Shown one piece after another: positions 11,833-23,819 of a stretch of DNA of 64,000 nt. Each line of letters begins with the position of its first letter. Position 1 is the first letter of the stretch. Source of the DNA: Prasinococcaceae sp. CCMP 1430 (taxonomy: Eukaryota > Plantae > Prasinodermophyta); contig RQSC01000806.1 in assembly GCA_013416795.1 (NCBI GenBank), positions 62,001 to 126,000 on the forward strand, written 5' to 3'. A program made the position numbers and the translations under genes. The notes beneath the pieces were generated by a model, which saw nothing but the letters and a program-made list of their open reading frames with translations, made no database searches and had not been told where the DNA came from.

Positions 11833-14800
11833 TCACGGCCGCGGCGGGGCTCCGACGGCCAGCCCAGCCGCGACCGCCTCCTCGAGTACGGGGTGTATCA
11901 TGCGCCTCGCGAAGGTGGTGGCGTAGTCGACAATGGCCTGCACACTGTTGTAGGCGGCGGCATTCCGCGCGACGCTCCAGCAATCGTGCGCGAACGCCGC
12001 CAGCGTGCGGTAGTACCCGTTCTGCACGCGGCTGCGGATGAGCTGCGACTCCATGGGCACGGCGACTATGTCCGCATACCCGGGCAGCTCCACCCACTGG
12101 TCGGCCGTGTCGAAGTAAACGGCACCATGGCAGGTGTTCACTGCAGTCTCCATGGCCTGCAGCAGCTCTGGCGCGCGTGCGCTCACGTCGGGGTAGGTGA
12201 AGGCCTCGTGCAGGCCGAGGGCATCAGGGCCTGGGTCACGCAGCTCCCAGAAACTGTGACGCATAGCCGCCTCTGGCGGGTCGCCATCGTATTGCACGTG
12301 TATGGCCTGCCAAGGGCTCGTGCTGTAGCCTGGGTCGATTGGCTCCACCTTCAAGACAATGCCAGAGTACAGGTCCCCTTTGCTCGTTTGTCCCTCTCGG
12401 CCCCACCACACGTGACAGGGCTGACCGGGCAGCCATCGCCCGCGCAATACCGTCACGTCGTAGAGCTTGGCATGCACGATGAAGTCTGGATCTTCGGAGG
12501 GTTGCAAGGCGACGTCGAACTCGCTGCCAGCGAGAGGGCTTCCCGCTGTGGTGATACGAAGCTTAAGTTGCGCGACTGCTTTGCCCGTGATGTCATCGAC
12601 ACCGTACTCCATCCCGAACACCTCACACCGCTCCACCGGCTGCAGCTGCCGCCTTTCGGCGCCCCGCAGGGTGTTCCAGAGCGCGGAGCGCTCCGCGGCC
12701 ACATCTTGCGTGTTCTCGAGCACCTGCTGATGACCCTGCCAAAGATACACCACTTCGTCCCCTAGCTGGGGTATGTACAGCGGGCCGTCCGGGCAGTCAT
12801 CGCGGCGCAGCCAGCCAAAGTGGTCGAACGTTCGCGCACCGCGAAAGTTGGTCAAGCGGCGCCCAGGCGACGGTCCCTGAGCCTGCGCGGTAGTTTCCGG
12901 CACGTACTCGTCCTCCGTCTCGCCTTCCGACACTTCGTAGTACATGGAGCGCGCGCGCCGGCGCCGCTTGCTAGCCCTTGCCGGCACACCCTCCTCCCCC
13001 TCGTCTCCAGCCTCCGCGTCTTCGTCGTCCGATTCAACACGCCGGCGACGACCGCTGCGACTGCGCGAACTTCCAGCCCCACCTGCCCGCGAGGAACCAC
13101 CGCCTGACCGCGAACGGCCACCAAGCCGCCTGCCCCTGCCACGACGCCTGGCCCTTGAAGGGGCATCGTAGTCGTCGTCATCGTCGTCGTCTTGATCGAT
13201 CAGCTGATCATAGTCGTCGTCGTCCTCCTCGCTATGACCGAGGTGCTCAGCAGCGACGTCAGGGTCGTTCTCCTCATCGTCGTCGGAGTCGCGGTCCTCG
13301 ATGTCAGCGAGGGTCATCATGCGGGGACCCGTGGTAGGGCCACCAGCAACGGCGGCCGTGCCAGCCGCCCGCTCGACGGGCGCGGCGGCGCCTTGTGCCG
13401 GCGCCATGCCCGCGCCATTACCGCCCCGAACTATGCCCGCCCCGGCGTTCGCGCCCCACACTGCTTCAGCGGGGTTTACCGCCGCTGCCAGCTCCTCGGC
13501 GACGGACCCACGAGTGCCACCAGTGCCGCGTGCCACCGCGATCCGCTGCTGTGGCGTGAGCTCCGGTGCACCCAATAGGCGCCTGCTCTGGAACGTCGAC
13601 TGCACGGGGTCGGGGTACGGATCAAAGCTGTGGTCACAGAGCAGCTCGGCAGTTGGCTCGTTGTCTGGCTCCATGCCACTCGCCTCGTGGAACGCCCGCC
13701 CGTCGCTGCTGCGTCGTATCGGATCGAAGTCGCGCTGGAGGAATTGCTCGACGGGGGCAGACGTGTGCCCCCACGCCTGAGGACCGCCGCCCGGCGCACA
13801 ACCAACGTCAAGCGTCTCCCAGTAGCCGACATTGTCTGAGATGAGGACATACGTCCCGTCATTCGACCACCTGCCGTCGTACACCTCGTCGCAGTAGGCA
13901 CCGCGCCCCTTCGCAAGCGCCGACCCGGTGAGAATGTCCCAAATGATGACCTGCCCGTCGTAGCCCGCACTCAGAATAAGGCGAGGATCGTACGGGTGAG
14001 GATTGACGACGAACACATCTTTCGCGTGCGCCTTGAGGGTGTGCTGCAGATTCCCGGTCGAGGCGCACCACACGCGCAGAGAGTGATCCGAGTACGCCAG
14101 AAAGATGTGCCGGTCGTCAACTGTCCAAGCGCCAGTCTGAATCGCCAGGTAGGTTGGGCGCGGGCCCTCGCGCCGGCGGTCGCGCCGCCGCTCGCCGCCG
14201 TCCTCTCCAAGCGCGTTTGGTGCCGGCGCTTCGACCGCGAGCACACCCGCGCACTCCCAGCCTGTGGCGATCACGTCGCCTGCCGCTAGGCGCGGCCGCC
14301 ACACGCGCGCAGTCCCGTCCTTCGACACAGTCAGCATGGAGTCCGTGTTGTTGGCCCACTCGACGAGCGTGACGTCGTTCTTGTGGCCGCGAAGAGTGAA
14401 GAGAAGTTTCTCACTGTCGCGACGGATGTCCCACACCTTGACAGTGCAGTCCTCGTACGCAGCTGCCATGAAACGCGCAGTCATGTTGAACACCGTAATG
14501 TACACCTCGTTGGTGGCCGACGCAGGCGCGGCCGCTGGGCGCGCCGGCTTGAGCGTCCGCAGCGAGTCACGCGCGTACTTTCTGCAGTCCCAGAGCTTGC
14601 ACGAGCCATCGTCACTGGAGCTGGCCAGCACGTACTCCGCCGGTGCGCACATGGGGGGCGCGCTCCGGATGGCCTCTTCGACGACGAATGCGAGGCTGGT
14701 CACAGGGCCCAGGTGCCCCAGGAGCACCGCGACGCACCGCCCCGAGGCTAGCGACCAGACGCGGATGCCGCCGTCGTTGGCGCTGCTGGCGACGTATTCA

Positions 14801-15501
14801 TTCGTGGCGTTCACATCCAGCATCGTCACGTCGCCGTCGTGTCCCTTGCACGAGTGCAGAAGGTACGCGCTGTGTGTGTCCCAGATCTTAACGATGCGGT
14901 CGTCCGACCCGGTGATGATGCGATCGCCGGTCTTGTCGAAGGTGCAGCAGTACACAGCGTTACGATGGCCCAGGCCGGCTCGCACAGGGGCGAGTGCACG
15001 CACACCCAGTGCGGTGGGAAATGCCGTCCGCCCGAGGGCGCGCGCGCCGCGGCAGGCGTCGCCGCGCTCGCGCGCGCGGAGCGCCATCGCACAGCTCGCC
15101 AGCGGCCGCAGCGGCCAGTGCAGCGAGGCGTGCCACGCGGGGGCGGGCCTGCCGCGGTTCACATCGCCGCAGAGAGCCCCGGGCACGCCAGGGGCTGGCT
15201 GGTTGCTGTTCGCGCTATCGAGGGCGACGGTGGCCAGCCGCGCGGCTGGCGCGTGGCTGTATCGCTCGACGAGCTCGCCGAAGGGCACTGCGTGGCGCCC
15301 TCCGAAAATGTCGTAGCGCTCCGGCAGCAGGCCGTAGCGCGCCGCCTCCTCGCGTAGCACCTGAGCGGCGCGCAAGCACGGCCCTTCTCCGAGGAAGCGT
15401 GCCATGAGGAAGTACAGCTCCGCGTGCTGCTCGTCGCTCAGCCCGGGCGGCGGCGCGCCGCGGGAGAACGCCGGCGGCGGCGGCGCGGCGACGATGCCGC
15501 C
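11833..15501 (-). CDS. BRWD: Bromodomain and WD40 repeat protein (BRWD/PHIP family); 5' end lies at or in the N-gap
   Basis: ELYFLMARFL N-terminal motif, multiple GH..V..WD repeats, YIPQLGDEVVYLWQGH, and a C-terminal bromodomain (VPMESQLIRSRVQNGYY..AAAYN). Confidence 0.9.
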   Translation of the reverse strand, partial: GGIVAAPPPPAFSRGAPPPGLSDEQHAELYFLMARFLGEGPCLRAAQVLREEAARYGLLPERYDIFGGRHAVPFGELVERYSHAPAARLATVALDSANSNQPAPGVPGALCGDVNRGRPAPAWHASLHWPLRPLASCAMALRARERGDACRGARALGRTAFPTALGVRALAPVRAGLGHRNAVYCCTFDKTGDRIITGSDDRIVKIWDTHSAYLLHSCKGHDGDVTMLDVNATNEYVASSANDGGIRVWSLASGRCVAVLLGHLGPVTSLAFVVEEAIRSAPPMCAPAEYVLASSSDDGSCKLWDCRKYARDSLRTLKPARPAAAPASATNEVYITVFNMTARFMAAAYEDCTVKVWDIRRDSEKLLFTLRGHKNDVTLVEWANNTDSMLTVSKDGTARVWRPRLAAGDVIATGWECAGVLAVEAPAPNALGEDGGERRRDRRREGPRPTYLAIQTGAWTVDDRHIFLAYSDHSLRVWCASTGNLQHTLKAHAKDVFVVNPHPYDPRLILSAGYDGQVIIWDILTGSALAKGRGAYCDEVYDGRWSNDGTYVLISDNVGYWETLDVGCAPGGGPQAWGHTSAPVEQFLQRDFDPIRRSSDGRAFHEASGMEPDNEPTAELLCDHSFDPYPDPVQSTFQSRRLLGAPELTPQQRIAVARGTGGTRGSVAEELAAAVNPAEAVWGANAGAGIVRGGNGAGMAPAQGAAAPVERAAGTAAVAGGPTTGPRMMTLADIEDRDSDDDEENDPDVAAEHLGHSEEDDDDYDQLIDQDDDDDDDYDAPSRARRRGRGRRLGGRSRSGGGSSRAGGAGSSRSRSGRRRRVESDDEDAEAGDEGEEGVPARASKRRRRARSMYYEVSEGETEDEYVPETTAQAQGPSPGRRLTNFRGARTFDHFGWLRRDDCPDGPLYIPQLGDEVVYLWQGHQQVLENTQDVAAERSALWNTLRGAERRQLQPVERCEVFGMEYGVDDITGKAVAQLKLRITTAGSPLAGSEFDVALQPSEDPDFIVHAKLYDVTVLRGRWLPGQPCHVWWGREGQTSKGDLYSGIVLKVEPIDPGYSTSPWQAIHVQYDGDPPEAAMRHSFWELRDPGPDALGLHEAFTYPDVSARAPELLQAMETAVNTCHGAVYFDTADQWVELPGYADIVAVPMESQLIRSRVQNGYYRTLAAFAHDCWSVARNAAAYNSVQAIVDYATTFARRMIHPVLEEAVAAGLAVGAPPRP

Positions 15502-15581
15502 NNNNNNNNNNNNNNNNNNNNNNNNNNNNNNNNNNNNNNNNNNNNNNNNNNNNNNNNNNNNNNNNNNNNNNNNNNNNNNNN
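15502..15581. other. Assembly gap (others at 35256..35386, 39011..39050, 51453..51604, 61776..61937; single N at 21932, 44960, 50596, 63121)
   Basis: N runs in the sequence, all within extremely GC-rich context. Confidence 1.
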
Positions 15582-16659
15582 CTGTGGCGCCGGCGCCCGC
15601 GCGCACCGCGCGCGCGCGCGCGCGCGAACGCGCACACGCACGCAAAACAAACAAACAAAAAGTTTTTGTTTTCAGCCTTTTACAGTAATTTGTTTTCACA
15701 TCGGAGGAAAAAGGAGATGGATGGAATGCACTGCCACACACCACACACAAACAAGTTTTTATTTTATTTATTATTTCTTTTATTTATTCTTTTCTCTCTT
15801 TTATTTTCTTTCGTTCGTTTTGACCTCAGTTCGTAGTTGCGAAGCTTTTTCTTTGCTGCGAAACCTCGTTCAAAAATTTTCAAAATTTAGAATAAAAGTT
15901 TGGTTTCCGAGGCTTCGTTTTCATATCGGAGGACAAAAGAGGATGCACGGGATTCAATGCGGTGCGGGGCGCGCGTTCGAAAAAAGCGCAGCCCCGCCCT
16001 AATAACGCGAGCGCGCGCGCGACGCCGCGGAGGGATCCCCGATAGACCGGGGTTCCTCCGGTCGAATGTGCGCCAAAAGCTCGCGATCGCCGATCATGGC
16101 CCAGGTCAGTCCGGGGGGCACACCGGGGTTGCGAAGTTCGAGCAGGGTCGTTGGGGGAGGTCCTCTCGGTCGGACCTCGCGCGTTTTTTTTGTTTTTTTT
16201 TTTGAAAACGTTAAAAATACGCGGCGGCGCGCGCGCGCCGAGTGCGCGCGATCCCACATCAAAACGAATTGAGATCCCTCCGACTGCCGCACGAAAAAGA
16301 AAAAGAAAACAAAAAAACAAAAACAAAAACCAAACAAATCAAAAAGTGACTCCAGTTCAAAACGCATGACGTTTTTTCTTTTTTTTTGTTTGGGGGGAAG
16401 GGGGCTTTCTGCACCTTTCGTGTGCTGAGTCTCCCTTCGCGCGAACGGCTACTTTGCCCACGACGTGCTCCCCCGCGCGGGGCGGGTGCGTTTTGATGGC
16501 GCGTTTTTTTGAACCCGCGCGCGCGCGCGCGCGAAACGCGCCCGAGCGGCGCGTGTGCGCGTGGGGCGACTGCTGCAGTGAATGGGAGAATTGCGAGAAC
16601 AAGTGGCTCGGCGACACGCCCTCACCACCACCACCACCCGCCAACGCCCGCCCTCACCA

Positions 16660-16915
16660 CGCACCACACGCGCACACGCACGTGCACACCCCGTCCAGTG
16701 CCCTCCACCTCCCCGCCGCCGCTCGCCGCGCGCGGAATGCCTCTCCTCCCACCCCACACTCTCCGACCACACACGCACGCACACGCGCGCGCGCGCGCGC
16801 GCGCGGCCGCGCGCGCACACACACACACGGTACACAGGCACACACACACGTGCACAGGCACACACACGCACGCACGCACACACACACGCACACACACGCA
16901 GTCACACACACAGTC
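16660..16915. repeat. Imperfect (CA)n/(GC)n microsatellite region
   Basis: Runs such as cacacacgcacgcacgcacacacacacgcacacacacgcagtcacacaca are visible directly. Confidence 0.9.
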
Positions 16916-17137
16916 CCCCCCCCCACACCCACCTTCCCTCCGCTGCGCCGTCCGCACTCGCGCGCGCCGGCCCAAAGTCCTCGTCGCGCCACACGTCGCG
17001 CGCGCACGCAGCGCGCGAGAAAAAAGATAGAAAAAAGAAAAGAAAAAAAGAAAAAGAAAAAGAAAAAAGGTCGTGTGGGTTCGGTGACGTTTGGGTTCAT
17101 GTTTGGGGTTGGATGTTTAATAGGGTTAAATGTGTAG

Positions 17138-19036
17138 GTCAATGGGCATGGGGCGCGCCGCGTCGGGAAACTGGTGGCCGCGGCGAGCCGGCGGGGCGCG
17201 CCACTGCGCGAGCGCGGCGCGGCGCCGCTCGACGCGCGGCCGAGCTTCAACTCGTCGACGAACCCGAACTCGTCGGCGACGCCCGCGAGGGCCGCGAGGC
17301 CCTCCTCGGCGCACGAGCCCGCGTCGGCCGCGCGCACGCGACCGGGCAGTGCCCTGTCGCGCCGCTCGTCGATTTACAGCCGCGGGCCGGTCGCGCGGGC
17401 GGACCCACGCCCGACATCGGACAAGGCCTACACGCAGCAAGGCATCCGCACGCTCATCGCGTACCTGTCATCGCACGGCTATGATGCGCCCATCTCGCCG
17501 AAGCTGCTGGCCGCGCCAACCTCGAAGGACTTCATGCACATCGTGAGCTTCCTCTTTCGCCGGCTCGACCCCAACATCAAGTTCGTCGGCAAGATGGAGG
17601 ACGAGGTGCCGCAGGTCTTCAAGCGGCTCCAGTACCCGTTCCAGATATCCAAGAGCGCACTGTACGCCGTCGGCTCCCCGCACACGTGGCCCGGCCTGCT
17701 GGCGGCGCTGGTGTGGCTCGTCGAGCTGCTAGTGTACGAGGAGCGCGCCGAGGAGGCCCGCGCGGCCGGCAGCAGCGGCGAGGACGCGACCGCCCCGGGC
17801 CCGCGCCAGTTCTTTGAGTACGTGAGCAAGGCCTACGGCGCGTTCCTCGCGGGCGACGATGACACATGCACGGCGCTGGAGGAGGAGCTGGGCGAGACGT
17901 TCCGCCAGCGCGACGCCGCGGCTGCTGACGAGATTGCGAGGCTGGAGAAGGCCAACGCGGCGCTCAAGGCCGAGATCGAGGCGGCCGACACCGAGCCTAC
18001 CCCGCTGGCGCGCGCGCAGGAGAAGCGCGCCAACATGGAGGGCGACGTGGCCAAGTTTCAGAAGCTCATCTCGAATCTGCAGACCCACAAGGCGCAGCTC
18101 GCCAAAAAGTGCGGCGAGCGGATGGCCGAGGCCGAGGCCAAGGCTGCGGAGCTCAAGGAGGCGCTCGCGGTTGTGGACAACCTGCGCGCGCGAGTGGCCA
18201 ATCAGGCTGTCAGCCAGGACGACGTCAAGCGCATGCAGCGCGACCGCGCGCGCATCAACGACGAGCTGCGCGGCGCGGTGGCGTCGCACGAGGATGCCGA
18301 GCGCCAGGCGGACGCCAACGCGGCCGCCGTGGCCGCCAAGTCCGAGGAGCTTGAGGCCATCGCTAGCGAATACACGTCCAAGGGGGAGGCGTTGCAGGTG
18401 CTGCCGGCTGGTGCGAAGCGCGCCAATGGCGTCGACTTCACCTTGGTGATGAACCCCAACGGCGCCGACGTGTGCGCGACGGACCTCGAGGGCTCCGTGC
18501 GCCCTGCGCTGGCGGATGTGGTGGAGGAGTACGCCCAGCGCACGCGCGAGGACAGGCGCGAGCTCCTCGACCTGCAGGAGCAGCAGCACAAGACAACGGA
18601 GTCCCTCGCCGAGGCGCGTGAGGCGAACGCACAGGCGCGCTCCGAGCTCATGGCGCTCGAGGAGAGATACACGCTGGAGAAGGAACGCGCGGACGCCGAC
18701 TTCGCGCAGCAGACCAGCGCTGCTGCCAGTGTCGAGGAGGAGCTACGCGAGGAGCAAACGCGCTCGGCGCGCGAGGCTGCAGAGGCGGAGGCGCGTCTGG
18801 CGTCGGCCATGGCCGAGCACGAGCGCGCGACCACGACGTGCGAGGAAGAGCGGGAGAAGCTAAACTCGCAGTTGCTCAATGCGCTGGACGCGCTCATGAG
18901 CCACAAGGCGTACCTGCAGGACACGCTGCAGAAGGTCGTTGAGATGGCGGTCAGCACGGCCGACGAGGCCATCGCAGCCGGCGAGCCGGAGGCTGCCACG
19001 CCCGTGCTGTCCGGTGTCGCCTCTACGCCCCGGTAG
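17138..19036 (+). CDS. NDC80: Kinetochore protein NDC80/HEC1; true start codon not identified (the frame opens after TGTAG at 17137, a possible splice acceptor)
   Basis: DPRPTSDKAY..LIAYL..PTSKDFMHIVSFLF..LQYPFQISKSALYAVGSPHTWPGLLAALVWLVEL CH domain followed by a long coiled coil. Confidence 0.9.
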   Translation, partial: VNGHGARRVGKLVAAASRRGAPLRERGAAPLDARPSFNSSTNPNSSATPARAARPSSAHEPASAARTRPGSALSRRSSIYSRGPVARADPRPTSDKAYTQQGIRTLIAYLSSHGYDAPISPKLLAAPTSKDFMHIVSFLFRRLDPNIKFVGKMEDEVPQVFKRLQYPFQISKSALYAVGSPHTWPGLLAALVWLVELLVYEERAEEARAAGSSGEDATAPGPRQFFEYVSKAYGAFLAGDDDTCTALEEELGETFRQRDAAAADEIARLEKANAALKAEIEAADTEPTPLARAQEKRANMEGDVAKFQKLISNLQTHKAQLAKKCGERMAEAEAKAAELKEALAVVDNLRARVANQAVSQDDVKRMQRDRARINDELRGAVASHEDAERQADANAAAVAAKSEELEAIASEYTSKGEALQVLPAGAKRANGVDFTLVMNPNGADVCATDLEGSVRPALADVVEEYAQRTREDRRELLDLQEQQHKTTESLAEAREANAQARSELMALEERYTLEKERADADFAQQTSAAASVEEELREEQTRSAREAAEAEARLASAMAEHERATTTCEEEREKLNSQLLNALDALMSHKAYLQDTLQKVVEMAVSTADEAIAAGEPEAATPVLSGVASTPR

Positions 19037-19349
19037 GGGCTGTGAAGCCGCGCTGCCTCCTGGGGTCGAGCGAAGACGCTGGCGGGGCACACCCACTGTA
19101 CATACAGGGCGGCAAGGTAGAGAGAGGCAAGATGCGCGCCCGCACGCCCTAAAACATAAGCTCCACGCGTACGTACACGAGCAGGCCCTTGATTCGTCCA
19201 CATGTCGCGCGAGTATTGTTGTTTTTATGGTACACGCGCCTACGCGTGGCGTGGCGCAAGCGCTATGTCAAAAGCAGCCAGCTAGGAGCACCGAACAGTC
19301 CGCAGGGGGGCGCCGGCGTGGCTGCCCACCAGATGGCGCCTTGCAGCAC

Positions 19350-21300
19350 TCAGCGGTGCTGATACCCGCCACCCGGCCCTGGCCTCGGCGGCGGCCCGCC
19401 TCGCTGTCCAGGTGGTTGGTTGCCATGCTGCTGAGCACTGTAAGGCGGGTGGGCCCCGCGGCCACCGCCATAGGGGGCGGGCGGGTATCCACCAGGACCT
19501 GCAGCGGGTGGATGGCCGTACGGCGCGGGCGCCCCCCTCTGCGCGCCCGGCGCGGCCACCTGCGGAGCGTAACGCCCAGCTGCGGTTGACGGCGCGGCGC
19601 CGTAGCCGCCTGCCGCGGACTGAGGTGCATAGCCTGGACGATAGCCACCGGCAGCTGCAGCAGCAGGCGGGACCCCGTAGCTCCCAGCGACAGCCGACTG
19701 CGGCTGTGAATGGGGCGCGGCCGACGCGGCCGCCGCCGTCGCTGTTGGGGCCGGCATGTAGTTGGCCGCGCGTGCGCGCTTCGCCGCCGCCCCCGGGTTC
19801 GCGGCGTTGCGCTTCGCCTCCTCCTTGCGCTTCTTGGCTTGGTACTCGTGCGATGATTGCTCGTACCGGGGCAGGTCCTCGGGCTTTGCCATCTTGTCAC
19901 CGGTCCAGAAGTAGTCGTCATCGATCGCCTCTTTAGCTGAGATGCGTTTGGAGGGGTCGAGCTCGAGCATCTTGCTAATGAGGGTGAGCGCCTTGGGAGG
20001 AAACTTCTGGAATACCTCGTTGAGCCTCCCAGGCTGTGCCTCCTGATCCTGGAAGAGCTTCCAGTTCTTGAGCTTCGTCACGCCCGGCCAGTTGCTCTCG
20101 TTGGGCGTGCCGCACAGACGGAAGATCAGCTGGAGCTGCTCCACATCTTTCTTTCCCGGAAGGATGGGCTTGCCGTGGATCAGCTCAGCGAAGATGCAAC
20201 CCACCGACCACATGTCCACGCCCGGCCCGTACTTGTCTGCACCGAGCAGCAGCTCCGGAGGCCGGTACCAGAGCGTGATCACCTTGTTGGTGAGCACGTG
20301 CGACTCCGTGTAAGGACGTGCCAAGCCGAAGTCCGCAATTTTGAGGTTGTTGTCCTTGTCGATCAGCAGATTCGAGCCCTTGATGTCGCGGTGCAGGATG
20401 TTGCTCGCGTGGCACGCATTCACGCCCCTGAGGAGCTGCATCATGTAGCACTTGATCGCGTCCTGCCCGAACTTGATGCCAGGCGTGTCCGCGAGGCCCG
20501 TCAGGTCGTGGTCCAGGTACTCCATGACCATGTAAATGGAGCCTTTCATGGCGTTCTCTGCACTTGGTGCGCTCACCACGATCTCCTTGAGCTTCACGAT
20601 GTACGGGCTGTTGAGCGCCTTGAGGATCTTTATCTCCCGGATGGCCGTGATGGGTACGCCTTCCTTCTCCTTGTCCATGCGCACCTTCTTCAGCGCCTGT
20701 GTGTGCGCGCGGCAGATGTTGGAGGGAACGACCCGAGGTGCAAGCGATCAAGAAACAGGGGCACCGGTCACATGCATGTGCGGGGCGGTGTCAGTGACCG
20801 AGGAGCCTCTGGCGCTCTCTTGGCGGTGGCCGCGGCTGACGCGTAGCGCGGAGGCGCATTCAACCCCACTCCGTCGGCAAGGACCGCAGCTCACGTACCA
20901 CTATCTCCCCTGTCTCCTTGTCCCTCGCCATGTACACCATGCCGTACGTGCCCTCGCCGACCTGTTCAATACGCTCGAAGTTGTTCTGCGTAGAACGCGC
21001 GCGCGCGGGCAGGCGAGCGCCAGCGTTAGGGCGGTGCGTGGCGGGCAGCGAAAGACCCCAACGCACCGTCGCGGGAGGCGACCGCGAGCGCAGCCGTATC
21101 GGCGCGCGCACGCGTGGGTCGGGCGTGCTGCTCACGCCGGATCACATCCCCCCCTCCCCCCCTCCACCACACGCACACACACACACACACACATGCAATC
21201 GCGCGCCCGCGGCGGCGCATGGCGACGCACCACGCTGCGCGTCACCCATGGCGGCCTGCGCGTGATCGCGCCGCCGCTCACCAGCTCGATGCCCTCCTCC
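19350..21300 (-). CDS. CDKC: C-type cyclin-dependent kinase (CDK9/12-like, PITAIRE); exons ?..21231, 20985..20899, 20696..19350; start uncertain
   Basis: WVTRSV|NNFERIEQVGEGTYGMVY..GEIV|ALKKVRM..GVPITAIREIKIL, HRDIKGSNLL, DFGLAR, VITLWYRPPELLLG; Pro/Gly/Tyr-rich tail. Confidence 0.93.
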
Positions 21301-21663
21301 TGCAGCTTGGCGGCAGGGGAGGCGGGACCCACCCTGCGCGCGCGTTGTGGCGCGCCGTCCCACCCATGTCGGGCCACCCCCCAAAAAAGGTGGCTGCGGA
21401 GTGTGCGTTCTTGTCGCTGCGCGCACGCACTCTACTGCACCAGCAGCCTCGCTGGTGGCACTCCTCACTGGCCTCACCCCCCGTGCGCCGCCGCTGCCGT
21501 CCCTTCCCTTTCCCTCGTCTCCCCGCGCCCTGTGCAGTGCTAGCGCGCCGGAGGGGGGGGAGGGGGGGAGGAAGGCGGGGGTCGCCGTGCTGCATCGCGC
21601 GCGCCGGCCGTCGATGGTGGCCTCCCTCACGTGCCTGTGACGCCGCGCTCGGCGCCTGTGGCG

Positions 21664-23819
21664 ATGGCGAGCGGCGTGCCCTTGGTTGAGCTGTTGTCCA
21701 GCTCGAGCGACGACGAAGAGGGGGTTCTATGCGGCGGCGAGGCAGCGCGCGGCAAGGATGCTGCGCGCGGCGATGCGGCCGGCGAGGTTGCAGAGCTGTC
21801 CGCGCAGCTCGCGTCCGCGGAGGCGGCTGCGGCCGCGGCGCATGCGCGCGCGCGCGCGCGGGCCGACCATACCCCAACCTCACCAGTGGGACTTGGTTGG
21901 GGTGCACGGTGTTCAGGGTTTGAGCCTTTGGNGCGCGCGCGCGCGCGGCGCAGCGCGACGCGCAGGCGGCCGAGGCTAGCGCAGCGGAGCTCCGCACGGC
22001 GCTAGCGCGCGCCGAGGCCGCAGCAGCGCAGGAGGCGCCAGACTACGCGGAGGGTGACTTCACATGGTCAGCATCGGCGCAGCGGGCTCTCAGCAGCGTC
22101 TTCGGGCTGCGCCAGTTCCGCGGCTGGCAGCGGGCAGCCGTGAACGCCACGCTGGCGGGCCGTGACGTCTTTCTGGTCGCGCCGTCGGGCGGCGGCAAGA
22201 GCCTGTGCTACCAGTTGCCGGCGCTTGTTGACGACGCCGCAGCGCGCCAGGCGGTCACGTTGGTCGTCTGCCCGCTCGTGTCGCTCATGCAAGACCAGGT
22301 GTCACAGCTGGCGGCACGAGGCATGCGCGCCTTTGCGCTCAGTGCGGCCACGCCTCGCGAGGAGCAGACGATCTGCTACCGGGCGATGGCAGGCGAGAGC
22401 GACAAAGCCTCGGCCGAGCAGCGCGACACGCGGCCAATGCTCGTGTACGTCACGCCTGAGAGGCTTGAGAAGAGCAAGCGGGTCATCGGCGCGCTGCAAA
22501 AGGCGCACTCTCAGGGGCGGCTTGCGCGGATCGCAGTGGACGAGGCGCACTGCCTCTCGGCCTGGGGACACGACTACCGGCCAGACTATCTCAAGCTCAG
22601 CAAGCTTCGCGAGCTGTACCCGAACACGCCCATCCTAGCGGCCACCGCGACGGCCACGCCGCGTGTTGTCAAAGACTCGGTCAACCGCCTCCGCATGCAC
22701 GGCGCCCTGGTGTTCAGGCACAGCATCGACCGCCGCGAGATCGCATATGCAGTCGTGCGAAAGCAAGCCGACGCAGACGAGTTTGCTTCGGGTCTGTCGG
22801 CCTTTATCAAGACGCAGGCAAGTGCGGGCATCGTGTACGCTTGCTCACAGGCGGAGACGGAGGGCCTGGCTGGCAAGCTACAATCGCGCGGCGTTGTGGC
22901 CGAAGCCTACCACGGTGGCATGTCTGAGCACGAGAGGAACGCGGCTTACATGCGCTGGGTGACGCACAAGACGCAATGCGTGGTGGCGACGGTCGCGTTC
23001 GGGCTCGGCATCAACAAAGCAGATGTGCGCTGGGTCGTACATGCTACACTTTCGAAGGCGCTCCTTGCCTACTACCAGGAGTCTGGCAGAGCGGGCAGGG
23101 ACGGCAAGCCAGCGCGCGCCATCCTGTGCTACAGGCCGAGCGACGTCGCGCGGTGGTCTCCACTGGTGATGAGCTCGGGACAGATAGACGAAGAATGTGC
23201 CTCGGCCCTCGAGAACCTCTATTCCTGCGCGCGCTACGCGCGCGGGGGCTGTCGCCGCGCTGCGCTGCTTCGTCACTTCAACGAGGCCGATGCCATCGGG
23301 CGGCTTTGCGGCGGCGAAAACTGCTGCGACGTATGCGACAAGGGCACGCACAAGTGCGCCGCCGCTCCAGCGTGCGACTCGTCGCTCGTGGCGGACGCGC
23401 TGGCGGTGATCGCAGAGGCCGCGCAAGGGGAGAAGGCGAGGCCTCTGACCATCAATATGGCTGCCGACCGCCTTGGCAGGAAGGCGACTGGCAAACAGCT
23501 GAGCAAGCCGGCGCGCGAGTGCCTCTTCGTCGATCTTCTGCTCGCGGGCGCCCTTCGCGAGACGTTCTCCGCGACCAGCTTCTCCATCAATGCGTACCTG
23601 GGCCTGTCGCGAGCAGGGGGCGCGGCCGTGCGTGAACACGCCGAGCTCGCAGCTCTCGCGAGGCGCGTGCCGTGCCCTTCAAGTTTCGTAGCCAGTCCTA
23701 CTCTCACCGACTTGGCTGCTGTTACCAGCAAGCCAGGCGGGAGCAACGGCGCACAGCCTGCGTGCAAGAAGCAGCGCACGCTTGGCGGCACTGTCGAGGC
23801 GGTGCCACCCCCGAGATAA
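21664..23819 (+). CDS. RECQ: RecQ DNA helicase (RECQ1/RECQL2-like); exon 1 from 21664, exon 2 21966..23819 (donor not resolved)
   Basis: FTWS..VFGLRQFR, APSGGGKSLCYQLPAL, VDEAHC..WGHDYRPDY, ATVAFGLGINK, YYQESGRAGRDG, and the RQC zinc ligands CRR..CCDVC. Confidence 0.92.

Noticed and set aside
16090-16115. GATCATGGCCCAGGTCAG resembling part of U1 snRNA
   Set aside because: It lacks the ACTTACCTG 5' end, the ATTGCAC loop and the Sm site.
16454-17137. His/Thr/Arg-rich ORFs across the (CA)n region
   Set aside because: They are translations of microsatellite and poly-A sequence.
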